Positions 39,466 to 53,350 of a stretch of DNA of 64,000 nucleotides are shown one piece after another. The notes beneath the pieces were generated by a model that did not search any database, had not been told where the DNA came from, and was given only the letters and a program-made list of their open reading frames with translations. The translations under genes were made by a program, and so were the position numbers. Every line of letters begins with the position of its first letter. Position 1 is the stretch's first letter. The DNA is taken from positions 48,484,001 to 48,548,000 of the forward strand of contig CM068745.1 in the NCBI GenBank assembly GCA_035084275.1, in the 5' to 3' direction. This DNA is from Hydrolagus colliei. Lineage: Eukaryota.

Positions 39466-40124
39466 TCACTGTAATATTATTTTATTTTTGTAATAAAAAC
39501 ACAATATCTCTTACACTTTCAAATCATGCACATCTCTAGGTCTCAGCTTCCTAATCAACAACTGCCAGAACCTCTGTGTGGCAGCTGCAGGTACAGATTT
39601 TCATGTTGTTGTTTTTTTGCTACATTGCTCAATAATTCATGGCCATATTAAAGTTTGAACATCTTAAGAGATAATATTTTCTGCTTCCTAGGGCAAAGCT
39701 TGTGAAGTAATGTTCAAGGAATGTAATTGATCATGCTTATGTACAGCAAGCACAAAAAAACACTCACTCTTTGCGACCAAATTTCTAGAAACGAGGAAAT
39801 TGATCCAAACCATGCATCCTTTCATCAAAACTGTCATCAGGACTGGAGTAATATTTTTTCCAGTTGTTTGAAATTTCATGTTGTATTTTTTCTCTCCTTC
39901 TTTTGATCTTCCTTGTTGTTTCAGGTAAAATACACAATTCTGTTCTTTTCCCATCTGCCCACTATCATCACTAACATTAATTTTCCGTGTTTGACGCTTC
40001 AGAATGTTATTTTCCATACTCTTTGGAAACAGGTCATGCTGATATTGTGCAGGAAGCAGCAAACCACATTTAATAAGCCCACGTCCTTAGGATCTAGTGC
40101 AAAATATCTGAACACATATTTTGC

Positions 40125-42943
40125 TGTGCAAGCCTCTCCTCGTAGTCATAGCGGTGGTGTGGCCCTCATCTCAAAGACATCTCTCGCCCTATCCCCCTAC
40201 TCCTCCGGTTCCTTCCCACCTTTTGAAGAGCTCACCCTCTCTCAATCCTCCCACAATTCCTTCAAAATCCTTTTAGTATATCGCCCCCTTAAACCCTCCC
40301 CCACTTTCATTTCAGATTTCTCCTCACTTTTAACCTCACTCCGTGCCTCCTCTGATCGCCTTATCATTCTTGGCGACTTCAACCTCCACTTCATCCCCTC
40401 CTGCTCCACCTCCTCTGAATTTTCCTCTTTGCTTTCGTCTTTTAACTTTTCCCTTCACATTCACACAGCCACCCACACCCACGGCAATCCGCTCAATCTG
40501 GTGATCACCCGAGGCCTCAACGTCTCTGGCGTAACCATCATCAACAAGGCCATTTCAGACCACTTTTTCATTTCTCTCAACACCTCTATCCCTCCCCCCT
40601 CCACCTCCAAACCCACCATCTTCTACCAGCCCTGGAAGAAGATTCCCCCACAAACCTTCACCTCTGCTCTCAAAACCCCCGACCTCCTCCCCCTGTGGCA
40701 CTCCTCCTGTACCGACCCATCCGTCGCCTCCACCACCCTCCATAACACCCTCTCCACTACCATCGACACCCTGGCTCCCCTCACCTCCAGAACTGTCTCC
40801 CACTCCCGATCATCACCGTGGTACACAACTCACCTCCGTTCACTCAAAAGCCAAGTGAGAGCAGCTGAAGGCACCTGGCTCAAATCTGGCCTCACGGTCC
40901 ACCGGCAAATCTGCTTGGACCGCATCAAATTTTACCGCTCCGCCCTAGCCACTGCCAAATCAGCCTTCTACTTCAGGATAATACTGGAAGCGAAGGACAA
41001 CCACCGCCTCCTCTTCGCCACCACCAACCAGCTCCTCCGACCCCCCCCCCACCCCCCCACCGTCTCGCTTCGCAGATCCTCTCCTCAAACGCACGCTGCG
41101 AAGAGATGTTGGACTTCCTCGAGTCCAAAATAGAGAGAATCCGCTCTGCGGTTTCCTCCCCCCACCTCTCCTACACCTCCGCCCCTCCATCCGCTATTCC
41201 AACCCCCACCCACCCCACCTTTCATACTTTCATCCCCACCTCCCCGTCTTCAGTCACAAAAATAATCACTTCCATGAAACCCACCACGTGTTCACTGGAC
41301 CCCATCCCCACTCCCTTCCTCCGCACCCAACTCCACCTCCTGGCCCCACTCATCTCTGACACCATCAACCTTTCCCTCTCCTCAGGCACCGTCCCTACCT
41401 CCCTTAAAACAGCCACCATCACCCCTATCCTGAAACCCCCCCCTCCCTTGATGCGTCACAGCCATCAAGCTACTGACCTATCTCTAACCTCCCTTTCCTT
41501 TCTAAGGTCCTTGAAAGAGTGGTTGCCTCCCAGCTCCGCTCCTTCCTTTCAACTCACTCACTCCTTGAACCCCTCCAATCAGGTTTCTGCCCTGCTCACA
41601 GCATGGAAACTGCCCTGGTCAAGGTTACATACGACATCCTAACCGCCTGCGACCAGGGCTCCCTCTGCCTCCTCGTCCTCCTTGACCTGTCTGCTGTGTT
41701 TGACACGGTCGATCACACCATCCTCCTCCAACGTCTTTCCTCCCACCTCAACCTTCAAGGCACCATCCTTGACTGGTTCCATTCCTACCTGACCCACCGC
41801 CAACATTTTGTATCTTCTAACGGTTTTTCCTAAAACCACCGCACAGTTTCTCATGGCATTCCCCAGGGCTCTGTCCTTGGCCCCCTCCTTTTCACCATTT
41901 ACACGCTCCCTCTGGGCGATGTCATCTGCAAACATGGGGTAAATTTCCACATGTATGCGGACGACACCCAGTTGTACCTTTCTGCCTCATCCCTCAACCC
42001 CCAGACCATCGATGTTCTGACAGCATGTCTGTCCGACATCGAGTCCTGGACGAGGGACAACTTCCTTCAATTGAACGTGAGCAAGACCCAGGCCCTCCTG
42101 ATTGACTCAAGCCAGCGCTTCCACACATCGGGCACTGCCGGCCTCAACATCCAAAGCTGTACTCTCCACCTCACAAAGCCAGTCAGGAACCTCGGCATCA
42201 AGTTCAACCATAAACTCTCCTTCCTCCCCCACATCCGTGCCTTGACCGGCACCGCTTATTTCCACCTGCGCAACATTGCCAGGCTCCGCAACTATCTCAT
42301 CCCCCAAGCTGCCGAAACACTTGTCAACGCGTACATCACCTCACAGCTGGACTACGGAAAGTCTCTCCTCATCGGCCTCCCCAGAGCTCCTCCATTCACA
42401 GGCTGCAGGTCATCCAAAACTCTGCAGCCCATGTAATTTCCCGTACCCGCCTCCGTGACCACATAACCCCCACCCTCGCCCGTCTCCACTGGCTCCCCAT
42501 CCCCCAGAGGATTGAGTTCAAGATCCTTGTCCTCCTTTTCAAGGCCTTACACGGCCTTTCCCCGCCCTATCTATCTGATCTACTCTCCCCCTATAAGCGC
42601 ACCCGGACCCTCCACTCAGCAGGACTTGGCTTGCTCCAAGCCTCCCGCCCGAACTGCCCCATCATCGGAGGCCGGGCCTTCAGTTTCTCCGCTCCCACCC
42701 TATGGAATTCCATCCCCCAATCCCTCCGCCTTGTTTCCTCCCTTTCCTCTTTCAAGGCCGGTTTGAAGACTTTCCTTTTCGACCGTGCCTTCTGTTCCCC
42801 CCTAATATTTCGACCTCCCCCACGTTTTTTACCCCTTCCCAAACACTCCCCTCCCAGCTCGGGTCACACGCCTCCTGTGCAGTGCCTTTGGACGTCCTCC
42901 CGACGTGAAAGGCGCTCTATAAGTCTAATTTGTTGATGTTGTT
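40125..42943 (+). mobile_element. L2 LINE, nearly full ORF2 pseudogene (APE endonuclease + RT), 5'-truncated
   Basis: SGGVALI, ILGDFN, SDHF (APE); LDPIPT, QSGF...[42 protein letters not shown] (RT); several frameshifts and stops; tail cgacgtgaaaggcgctctataag..(TTG)n. Confidence 0.97.
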
Positions 42944-43189
42944 GAAAAGTATAAAACATTGAAAAGCACTATATCAAATGCAGATATAGTTATTATTACT
43001 ATCATTAAAGTAATTATGTTGCTCTGAGTATCCAGAATGCATATCTAGCCTGACCAGCTTGACATTTAGAACAAAATAAAGCTATGTCCACGAAGATTCC
43101 TCCTAGTCCAGTCACCCAGCGAGCACATAGAGGCATGGGGTGTCTAGGGTTGTGATTTTGATGGGGGGAGGGTGGGGGGTGGGGGGTGT

Positions 43190-43480
43190 GTGGGGGGAGA
43201 AACTCCTATGGCCTGAAATGGCTGAAATCAATGTTGAGGCCAGATGACTGTAGTGTCCCCAGTAGAAAGATGAGGTGCTGTTCCTCAAGCTTTCGCTGTG
43301 AGTCACTGGAACAGCGCAGGAGACCATGGATTGAAAGATCAGCCTCTGAATGTGAGCGCAAGTTGAAATGGAGGGAGACTGGAAGATCAGGGTTGACCTT
43401 CCGTACAGAGCGAAGATGCTCTGCAAATCGGTCTCCCAATCTGCGCTTAGGCTCCCCAATGTAGAGGAGACCACACCGTG
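43190..43480 (-). mobile_element. Penelope-like element GIY-YIG endonuclease fragment (inverted)
   Basis: Minus-strand RCGLLYIGEPKRRLGDRFAEHLRSV...VSLHFN...RKLEEQHLIFLLGTLQSSGLNIDF. Confidence 0.92.
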
Positions 43481-43524
43481 AGGAGACGTTCAGGACCGTG
43501 GAACCTGAAATTTGTCAAAATGTC

Positions 43525-44860
43525 GGAGGCCAAACGCCAGCTCTCTGCCAACTCCGCCTATCTTCCACTCAACCATGACCCCACAGCTCAACACCAAGCC
43601 ACCATCACTAAGGTAATCAATAACCTCATCTCCACTGGTGATATTCCTCCTACTGCGTCCAACCTCATAGTCACCCAACCCCGCACAGCCCGCCTATACT
43701 TTCTCCCCAAGATTCATAAACAGAACTGTCCTGGCAGATCCATTGTCTCAGCCTGGTTCTGTCCCACTGAATTAATTTAATCATATCTAGACTCCATTTT
43801 TGCTCCCCTCGTCCAATCTCTACCCACCTATATCCGTGACTCGAAAGGACGCCCTCTGACATTTTGACAATTTCCCGTTCCACGGTCCTGAACATCTCCT
43901 GTTCACAATGGACGTTCAGTCCCTCTACACCACCAACCCCCACAAGGCTGGCCTGCAGGCCCTCTGTTTTCACCTCGATAAACGAGAAGATAAATCTCCA
44001 TTCACCACCACCCTCCTCTGCATGGCTGAACTTGTTCTGACAGTGAACAACTTCACTTTTATCTCCAACCACTTCCTCCAGATAAAAGGCATCGCTATGG
44101 GAACCCACATGGGTCCCAGCTACACCTGCCTGTTTGTTGGCCACCTGGAACACTCCTTGTTCTGGTCCTTCTCAGGCCCGCTCCCCGACCTTTTCCTCAG
44201 GTACATTGATGACTGTGTCGAGGCTGCCTCCTGCTCTCGCAGTGAGCTAGAGGCATTTGTAAACTTTGCCTCCACTTCCAACCCTCCATAAAATTTACGT
44301 GGACCATCTCTGACACTTCGCTTCCCTTCCTCAACTTCACCATCTCTACATCAGGCACCTGCCTGTCCACAGACATATTTTACAAATCCACTAACTCCCA
44401 TAGCTACCTTCACTACACCTCATCCCACCCGGCCTCTTGCAAAGATGCAATCCCCTTTTCCCAGTTCCTCTGCCTCCACCGCATCTGCTCTGACGATGCA
44501 ACATTTCATACCAGAGCAACTGAGATGTCTGCATTTTTCTTCGACCGAGGATTCCCATCACCCATGGTAGCAAAGGCCCTTAACCGTGTCCATCCAATTT
44601 CCCACACCTCAGTTCTCACCCCTTCCCCCCATCGCAGATTCGTGATAGTATTCCCTTGGTCCTCACTTACCACCCTACCAGCCTCACTATTCAATATATC
44701 ATCCGTAGAAAGTTCCGTCACCTGCCACATGACCCATCCACCAAGGATATATTTCCCTCCCCTCCCCTCTCCACATTCCGAAGGGACAGTTCTCTCGGGG
44801 ATTCCGGGGTCCACTCCGCTGTCAGCACCACCAGCTGCTCTCTTTCCTCTGGCACAGTTG
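43525..44860 (+). mobile_element. Penelope-like element reverse transcriptase pseudogene
   Basis: LYFLPKIHK..PGRSIVS, MDVQSLYT, QIKGIAMGTHMGPSY, FLRYIDD; stops and frameshifts. Confidence 0.95.
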
Positions 44861-45109
44861 AGGGATTGCACAGGAGCTAGAGGTTAGATTTAAGATGGGT
44901 GGGGCCTAAGGGGGATGGGGGTGGCAAGATGACCAAATATGTGGTCAAAAAAGGAAGGTCTTGAGATGGACTTTTAAGGTGGCAAGGTTAGGTAGAAGGT
45001 GAAGGAACTCTGGGTGGAGTACTGATGAATGAGAAATTAAATATGGGGAGGTTAGGTTATTTCACGTAGTGTAGTTAGGATATGGAACATCTTGCCGGGA
45101 GCAATGATC

Positions 45110-45220
45110 GATAATAATAATAATAATAATAATTCTCGCATTTGATATAGTGCTTTTCACATCTTATAGACATCTCAAAGTGTTTCACAGAATATACTGT
45201 AAAATGAATTGTATATTTTA
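45110..45220 (-). mobile_element. SINE 3' fragment with (TAA)n
   Basis: gcatttgatatagtgcttttcacatcttatagacatctcaaagtgtttcacagaatatactgtaa. Confidence 0.85.
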
Positions 45221-46231
45221 TGGGTTTCTGCATTTGTCAGACACCTGGCTGACCAAAAAAAAGTCAGCAAATTATTGAAAAGCACCATTAATTTTGCAAT
45301 ATGAGAGTCTCTCAACCCACATAGATTAGATTAAAGGAAAGTCTCCCAGCAAAGGAGCTAACGTTGTTGAATATCCCAACTGCACGCAAAGTCATTATTT
45401 TGTGTCTTGTTCCAAAAGCACATATTTTATTCAAATACATTTTTTAAAAAAAATCTATTATTTTCACTGAAATCAAGACTATTCTTTAAGCACATTTATG
45501 TATAAACATTTATGTATAAACTTGTCCTGGCACTATGTTCAATGTATTTCATTTTTGAATCTGATTTTGATACATGATTACAAATCCAATGAGACGAGTG
45601 TTTGCTGAGTTATACCCCAAACTGTAACATTTCAGTAGTAAATGCTACAGTAAATAACTGAGGCTACATGTTAGAACACAAAAGAGATTACCCTGGATTA
45701 ATATCAATCTACCAAATCCCAAAATACAGTATTTAGCTTCTTTTATCACTTAAATACCCTAAGAATGCACACGAAGGTGCATATCTTGTTAGTATTTTCA
45801 CAGTATTTATGGTAAAGTCTAGTTAATGTACTTCTTGGCAGAAATTTGTACACAGCAATGTCCTGGATTCTGCAGTAAGCAATGTTTCTGGAGGATTGTT
45901 GGCAAGGACACTCTTTTCCTTTCCAAATAGTGCCGTGGGATCTGTAATGTCTACCTGAACAGTCAGATGTAAGTTCATTTTAACATGTCATCCAAAGGAT
46001 ATGTCTTCCAACAATGCAGCCCTCCACCAGCTGTGCATTGGATGGAGCTTTCCAATATGAGTTCAATATCCCAAACTACTGACTCTTAAGAGTGCTACAA
46101 TATATGCATTAATATTAAATCCTGTTAATCTTTAACTTGCAGACTGCAATTTTGCTAATATCATCAATTGAATTAGAACATATTTTGCTGCAGTTATAAT
46201 AAATGGGGGCAGGATTATTCGTGAATATATG

Positions 46232-46435
46232 ATAAAAATAATAATCCTTGCATATGAAATAGCACTTTTCATGTCTTCTAGACATCTCAAAGCGCTTCAT
46301 AAAATATACGGTAAAGTGAATTGACTGTATATTTGTGGGCGAAACCCAGCAGCCATTTGCACACAACAGTGTCCCACAAACCGTCGTGGATTGACATGAG
46401 CAATTTTTTTAATTATTGTTTTTTTTGAGGGACTG
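46232..46435 (-). mobile_element. tRNA/CORE/Deu SINE 3' half
   Basis: tagcacttttcatgtcttctagacatctcaaagcgcttc...cagcagccatttgcacacaacagtgtcccacaaac. Confidence 0.88.
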
Positions 46436-47737
46436 CTTGAAAATGTAGTTTTATGAATGTGGAACCAAGAGTTTGAATTGTTGTAACCACGGGCATGAAC
46501 AAAACTGGTTTTGCACTGTTCTATCATAACCCAACTAAGATAACTAGGAGTTAAACACCCTTCAATTTTCTTAAAATCAACAGTAATCTATGGCGACAAA
46601 TTATATCAATATTTTTAGGGGATTGTGTGGTAAACAACACGTAATAGTACATGCTACTGTGCCAATGTCCAGAGAGGTAATGTGCATGGCAGGATATAAA
46701 GTTTCACCTCTGTCCCAACTTCCATTTAAAGTGTTTTAGGCATTTAAGAATTGGTTTTGCATCAAAAACTGATACTTATTAGAAGTTCTGATATCTGTAC
46801 AGGCGTACTAGCCTAGCTGGTGAATCCAAGTTAGGGTTAATCCAATTATAGTCTGCCAAAGCAGTAAGCAAAAGGTAAACAAACTATCATGCATTGAAAA
46901 AATATATTTCAGCTGTTACCTTGGAATAAAGATTTACTATCATCTATCTGATACTGCTCTTTTTGATGTGCTGATAATATGATGTGGCCAAAATTATCAA
47001 TAAGTATAAAGTCAATTAATTTTATAGTACATGCTGTGAAGAAGTTTGAGATGCCTTGAAGATGTGCTAAGGCACTATATCAAATGCAAGGATTATAATC
47101 ATCACCAGTTCCAATTATCACAAAAGCAAAATTTGCATATGTTGTTTTGTCCAGAATTCACCACATGTTTAGAGTTGAAATCCTCAGATTTCCTAAAAAT
47201 TAATTATCCTTAGTTTAAAAAAAATTGAATGCTGTTATTTTGGGAATTTTAAATAGCCAACAGTAATGTGCAGCTTTTTAACTGAATAGTTTTATTATAA
47301 TTTCACTATCTTGTTTCAGTGCACTGATATGCTATTCTGCACAAAATACTCCCTATTCAAGATTTTCCCATTTGACTTGGGACAAAATGAATTTAATGAA
47401 TACCACATTTTCTCCACCTCCTCCAAATAGGAAGAGGAGGCAATTCAGCCTATTAAACTTTATTTCCCTGTTTTCTCTTTATTATCCGTGTAGTTGTCCA
47501 TCTCTCTTGACAATGTAATGATAGGAAATTGCAAATCGTGTTACAGTGCATTGTTTGGGATCGATAAAATTACAATCCATATATTGAGACAGATGTGTTC
47601 AATATATGGGTTCCACACTACAATAGTATTATAAACCAAATTCTCGCTTACAATGAAACGTATTACAGAGGATTTCACTGTAACTAGCAATATGTACCAA
47701 TTAACAATATGGAATAATAGTAAACTTTAATATTTTT

Positions 47738-47809
47738 AAAAACAGGTCCCTTGGAGATGTGCATGACAATTTCCGAATAGTCATGTATGTTTCCAAGGGG
47801 CTTGTTTTT
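47738..47809 (+). other. 30-bp hairpin, candidate structured RNA (pre-miRNA-like)
   Basis: Arms 47738-47767 and 47780-47809 pair at all 30 positions (24 Watson-Crick + 6 G.U); inner AUU/AAU stem closes a UCCG loop. Confidence 0.5.
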
Positions 47810-48831
47810 TGGTCCAATTCTTTATTTTCCCCTGTGTTAAGACACATCACATGCTGTACCCAGTGTTAACATATTTGGTGAAATTGCTCTTTTACTCTTC
47901 AGTATAGGTTTGCACATTTGAGTATAACTGAGATATCATCCAAGACAGGAATGGTTCTGCCCTTGGCTACCGCATTTTGGGGGACAGGCATTTGAAAAAG
48001 CTTTGCACTGTGTGTCTGACAAACATATCCACGTATCTTATAATTTTACTAACAAATTAGGGGAGAACTGCTTTTTTTGAGAAAAAAAGATTTTGAATCT
48101 GTGACCATAATGAGGATGAAATTACCTGCCTCCCCAAAATAAACACACTAAAGGTACTGAACCATTAGAAAATATCCCTGACATTGATTCCTATTACTGC
48201 AAATTCAAATATATTTTTGAATTGAACCTGAGTTTGCCCAACATTGCTTAACAGAGTCAATCATACACAGATTGAGTGAAAGATTAGTTATTTATAGAGA
48301 TGTGATCAGGCTTAAAAGAAATCTAAATACATTCTGAAGCATTTATCAGGAAGAGCTTTTAATGGCCCTTATGTGAACAAATCATTCACTCTAACAAATA
48401 GTCAGCCAGTGAATGACTGGATCTGATTGTAGCCTAAATAATGTGCACACCAGTGGAAAGTAGTTTTGAAATAGATCAAATGGATGAATACACGACAATT
48501 ACATTAGAACCTACCCTAATTTATAGTGCAGATGTACAGCAGACCTGCTTAATCCCAGAGCGCAGTCCACCCAACTTCTAGTACTTATTGGTCTTCAGGA
48601 AGCCTCTGATGTCATATTCTGGTGTGTTACACACAAGTTGCACTCAGAAAGTGTTGCTGATGTTACTTTCTGCACAAAATAATGTCAGTGGTGCTTATTG
48701 CACACTGTGCAAATGTACGTTGCACAGGAAAAGAGGTGAGCAGTAATCAAATGACTTAGAAGCTGGAGCAGTAGCCATTTTTAATTTTTAGATCAGTTAT
48801 AAAGCAATGTATTTTGGGGGGAATTGAGACA

Positions 48832-49950
48832 TCGTAGAATTATATAACATAGAAGGAAGCCATTCAGCCTCTTGTGCCTGGCTGGCACTTTGAAAAGAAC
48901 TGTCCAAATTAATCCCTCTCCTCTGTGCTAAACTCTTAGTCCCGCAAACCAGCGCTACCCAAATAACTATCTAATTCTCTCTTAAAAGTTGTTATAGAAT
49001 CAGCTTCCACCACCCCTTCAGGTGATGCATTCCAGATCTGAACAACACACTGTGTGAAAAAAAATTCTCCTCACCTCCACTTTGTTTAACACCTCAAGTT
49101 ACCAATCCACCCACCAGTAAAAATAGTTTCTCCTTGTTCATCTTATCAAATTCCTTCATAATTTTGAAAACTTCTCTTTGATCTCCTCTTTACTTTCTCT
49201 GCTCCAAGGAAAAAAGCTCTCTGAGACGCCTTCCGGCGTGGAGGGTACTATATAAATCAAAGCTGTTGTTGAATAATCCTGGTTTCTCTAACCCCTCCTG
49301 ATAACTGAATTCCCTCTTTCCTGGTAACAACCTAGTAAATCTCTTTTGTACTCTCTCCAAGTTGAAGGCTTCAACTACCCTAGTTGAAGCCTAACCAATA
49401 ATTTGTAATGGTTCAGCATGACCTCCTGGCTTTTGTATTCTATGCCCCTATTCATGAAGCTGAGGATCCTGTATGCTTTTTTAATAGCTTAATCTATCAA
49501 TCCTACCAGCTTCAAAGATTTGCTTATGTAGATCCCTTCAAAAAAAAACTAAGAAATTGGTCACTTTAGTCTATGACTGCTGTGCACACTAGGCTGCAGT
49601 GTTCTACTCACAAAGTATACATCAATTCACTTTGCAGTATATTCTATGAAGTGCTTTGAGATGTCTTGAAGATGTGATAAACATCAAATCCAAGGATTAT
49701 TATTATTATTACCTCCTCTCTGTTTATTTGTATCCTATGTAATTTCTCTATAATCTCTGCTGATACTGTGGCATTGCATTCATCATTTCCTTTTATGAAG
49801 ACTGACACAAGGTACTTATTCAGTATGTCATTCATGCTCTCTGCCTCCACAAGAAGATTTTCTCTTTGGTCTTTAATCAGCCGCACCCTACCGTTGGCTA
49901 AACCTTTATTATTATAAAGTACTTCAGAGTTCCCTTTGTCCCTCTGATTT
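48832..49950 (-). mobile_element. Decayed CR1 with a nested L2 tail (about 49216-49271) and a nested SINE (about 49535-49710)
   Basis: CR1 3' UTR-type start (atagaaggaagccattcagcctcttgtgcctgg); minus-strand IKDQRENLLVEAESMNDILNKYLVSVF. Confidence 0.8.
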
Positions 49951-52029
49951 ACTTTTTTTGTGTATATACAATACCTTTGTTATACGGTTATTGATATATA
50001 GCTGTGTTTTATATATTATGTTTGATTGTCTTCTGTATTTTGCACATGACATTTATCATAAGCTTCGTTTTTCTGTTTTATTTCAATCCAAATTTCCTCA
50101 TGGACATAGATATGAAATTAATCAAGCACTGTTTGATCTCTAGACCTGGCATTCACTATTTATGAATGCAATTCTATAAATGGTGAAAGGCAAATACCAA
50201 TTTACTTTGAAGTATTGATGTTATAATAATATTACAAATACATAAACAGTGATTTTTTAAACAAAGCTTCAAATGTAGCAAAGTGAATGTCACAATTGTG
50301 GCCACCATTTTATTTTGAGGTATTTTTAAGATTAGATAAGGTATGAAATGTCAGGTGAAGACCTGTCACTGAGGAACTCAACATATTAAATCTCAATCCA
50401 GCTCTTGCAAGTAAGGCAATACATTTTATTTGTGAATATTGCAGTTTAGACCCCTATCTAATGATCATTCTTAATGGTTGGTTTTAATTAATGAGAGCCA
50501 TCGATCTATAGTACAATGTGGGCACAACAGTAGATCCCTGCCTTATCATTGCTCAACATTTTCTTAACGTACTTTCAGCTGGTAATCACTGGATAGAAAA
50601 AAAATGTCTGCCAATTGTTTTTCTATTCCCAAGAGCAGAGATATCGAGGTTAATTGCAATGTTCCTTCTGACACTGTGCATGAGATCAATTAAATCAACA
50701 CAGATTAGAGATCAAACATTTTCCAGCTTTCTACACCTTAGAACCACACCATGTGAATCATTTACCCACTGAGCCATCAACAGAGCTGCTGTCTTTAATG
50801 CATTTTAAATTAGCATTAAGGCACACTGTGGGATATCAGTTGATCTTGGGGAATTGTATTGAAAATGAAAGCACTTTTCCTAATATATTAAGGAGGAAAA
50901 CAAATCAAATGATGAATTTATTATTGCAAAGGTTTAGAATATGGCTCAGAATCATCCTTTCTGTATGTGGTGGTATCGATTTTGTCCAAACTCAGTTGTT
51001 TCTATTAGATGCATAAATTAAATTGTGCTAATGTGCTAGTATTGAAACATTTGTATTTTATATTATCCTGTCAGAACAGGAATAGTCATTTTACTTGGAG
51101 CCAACGTTATCAATGTGTGGGTGGCATTTTGTAACCGTAATATTCCATTGGCATTTATGGCAATGACATTTAACAACCACTTGTGACCAGAAGGCTATTT
51201 CAGAATAGGTAAGTTCGGAAAGTGTACCAATAATTTTCTGCATCTTTAGAATAGTCAACCAGGGTAATTTCTAATTTTACAACAGAGCATGGGAACAGGA
51301 AGGAGGTTTAAAATAAATCATAGCAAATTTAGCAAATTTATATGATTACAAGTTAACCCAGTGATTTTGTGTTGCCACAGTGAATTATTCACTGCAAAGT
51401 GTTAAAAATGCCGATCTCAGAATTACATTCAACAAACATTTCATACAAGGTGATTACAGTATGCCCAATCTGGTGTTCAATAAGGCATATTAATTACAAA
51501 GTCAAATGCACATTACAGTGAGTTTGTGAGTAATTATATAATGAAGCATGAATAATGACACTTTTTCTTGTACTTATTAAAAACTACAGATGTTAATTAT
51601 TTCGAAAAATGAATTTAAAACACCATGTGACCTGATTCATTGTTTATATGTTAATTGACAATGACATTGTGCCTATCTCATTACATTTGGTCAGCATTAG
51701 AGAGACCATGTGAGCATTAATCTTTCAACTCTACCCGATAAGAATATAAAACACTGTATGAAGGCAGAGAATAATAGAAACATATGGAAAGCCAATCAAT
51801 TTTGCAAAGCATAAGACATGTTAACATCTTTTCAACTGGAGAAGAGTCCAACCCAAAATGTGTCTTGTTTCAGATTATGATGTTCATTTCACATGTAACA
51901 GCAATTCAAACATTAAATTTACCTACTCTACTATAAAAGGACTGGAATATTTGTCTCCACATTTTCAGGAAAGGAATAGTGTCACAGTCATCAAGTTTTC
52001 AGCGCTCGAGTGCACATTGCAGAAATTTG

Positions 52030-52910
52030 GCCTGATGATCCACTGCCAGCTGTTGCTTGAGCACCTCCACACGTACCACCTCTCCCTTTTGCAGCCAAAA
52101 CTGGCCTTTACCACTGTCCATCACCTCCTCTGTGGCCCTCTCCAGTTCCCTCTATCCTCACACCAAGTTCGAAGAGGTCCCAGAATTCTTCGCCTCAAAA
52201 ATTGAAAACAACTACTTTAGCATGACAGAATCATCCTGACCTCCCACCCACCACCCACCCCCCACCACCTTTGCTGCCATTTCTCCTACATCTCTCTCAA
52301 CCACAATTACCCAGATGGAGTTCACCACCTGCTTCCTCAAACTCATTCCGACCCAGCTGCAGCTGCTCATCTCTCCATTCTCTTGCCCCTGCTGGCCAAT
52401 AGGGTCAACCAGTCTCTATTCTCAGGCTGTTTCACTTCTCCTGAAAACCAATGTCATCACAGCACTCCTCCAGAAAACCCACCTTTGTTTCCTCTAATCT
52501 TTCCTACAACCATTCCATCTCCAACTTACCCTTCCTTGACAAAGTGCTGGAACACATTGATGCACATCAACTTCAGTCACACCTCCCTCTTCACTCCATC
52601 CTCAAGCCCCTGGAATCTGGTTTTCAATCTGCCACAAAACAGATGCAGTGCCTGTCAAAATCACAAATAACATTGTCTCTATCTGAACCAGGACTCCATA
52701 TTCCCCTTTATCCTCCTGGATCTCACTGCCATATTCAACACAATCGACAATGGTATGCTCCTCTATCACCTCACCTATCCTAGTGGGTCTGCGTTCATAT
52801 GGTTTGAATCCTACTTAACCAAATATTTCCTTAGAGCAATTCGTTTCTCCTCTCGCACCTGCCCTTTCACCTGCAGGTACCCCAGGGCTCCAATCCTTGT
52901 CCCTCCTTGG
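52030..52910 (+). mobile_element. Decayed L2 ORF2 middle fragment
   Basis: PEFFASKIE, ISNLPFLDKVLE, PLESGFQ, cccagggctccaatccttg. Confidence 0.85.
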
Positions 52911-52934
52911 TATTATAAATATTCTAAATAATAA

Positions 52935-53350
52935 CAGTATAAACTTGCATTTGGTATAGCATTTTCATGGCAGGAGTACATGTGAAAACATTCCACAAGA
53001 TATATAGTAAAGCAAATTCAGCAGTCAATTTATGCACAACAATGTCCTGTGAACAGACATGAAGTGCGTGATCAATTTTATCTGTGGGACTATTGGCCTG
53101 GACATGTGATAAACTCCCTTCACTTTTAGAATAATGCCACGAGATGTTTACAATCCACCTAATCCGTCAGATAAAGCCTAGATTTAACTTTTTGTTCAAA
53201 GCAAAGGAAGGCACCTCCTACAATGCAGGTTTGCCTTAGTATCATATTAGAATGTCATCCTAGATTGTGCGTTCAAAGGCCCCAAATGATCTTGAATCCA
53301 TAACATTCAACTCAGAGGCAATAGTGCAACCAACTGAGATAGGTTGACAT
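52935..53350 (-). mobile_element. Older Deu-type SINE
   Basis: cttgcatttggtatagc tail, gcagtcaatttatgcacaacaatgtcc, aatgccacgagatgtttacaatccacct, cttgaatccataacattcaactcagaggc head. Confidence 0.65.

Noticed and set aside
39913-41133. 406-aa ORF as a host gene or active L2 ORF2
   Set aside because: The first ~70 codons are chance read-through from flanking DNA; the rest is L2 endonuclease, and the downstream RT has frameshifts and stops.
45492-45521. Small tandem duplications (also about 19054-19088 and 51321-51340)
   Set aside because: Ordinary slippage duplications with no further structure.
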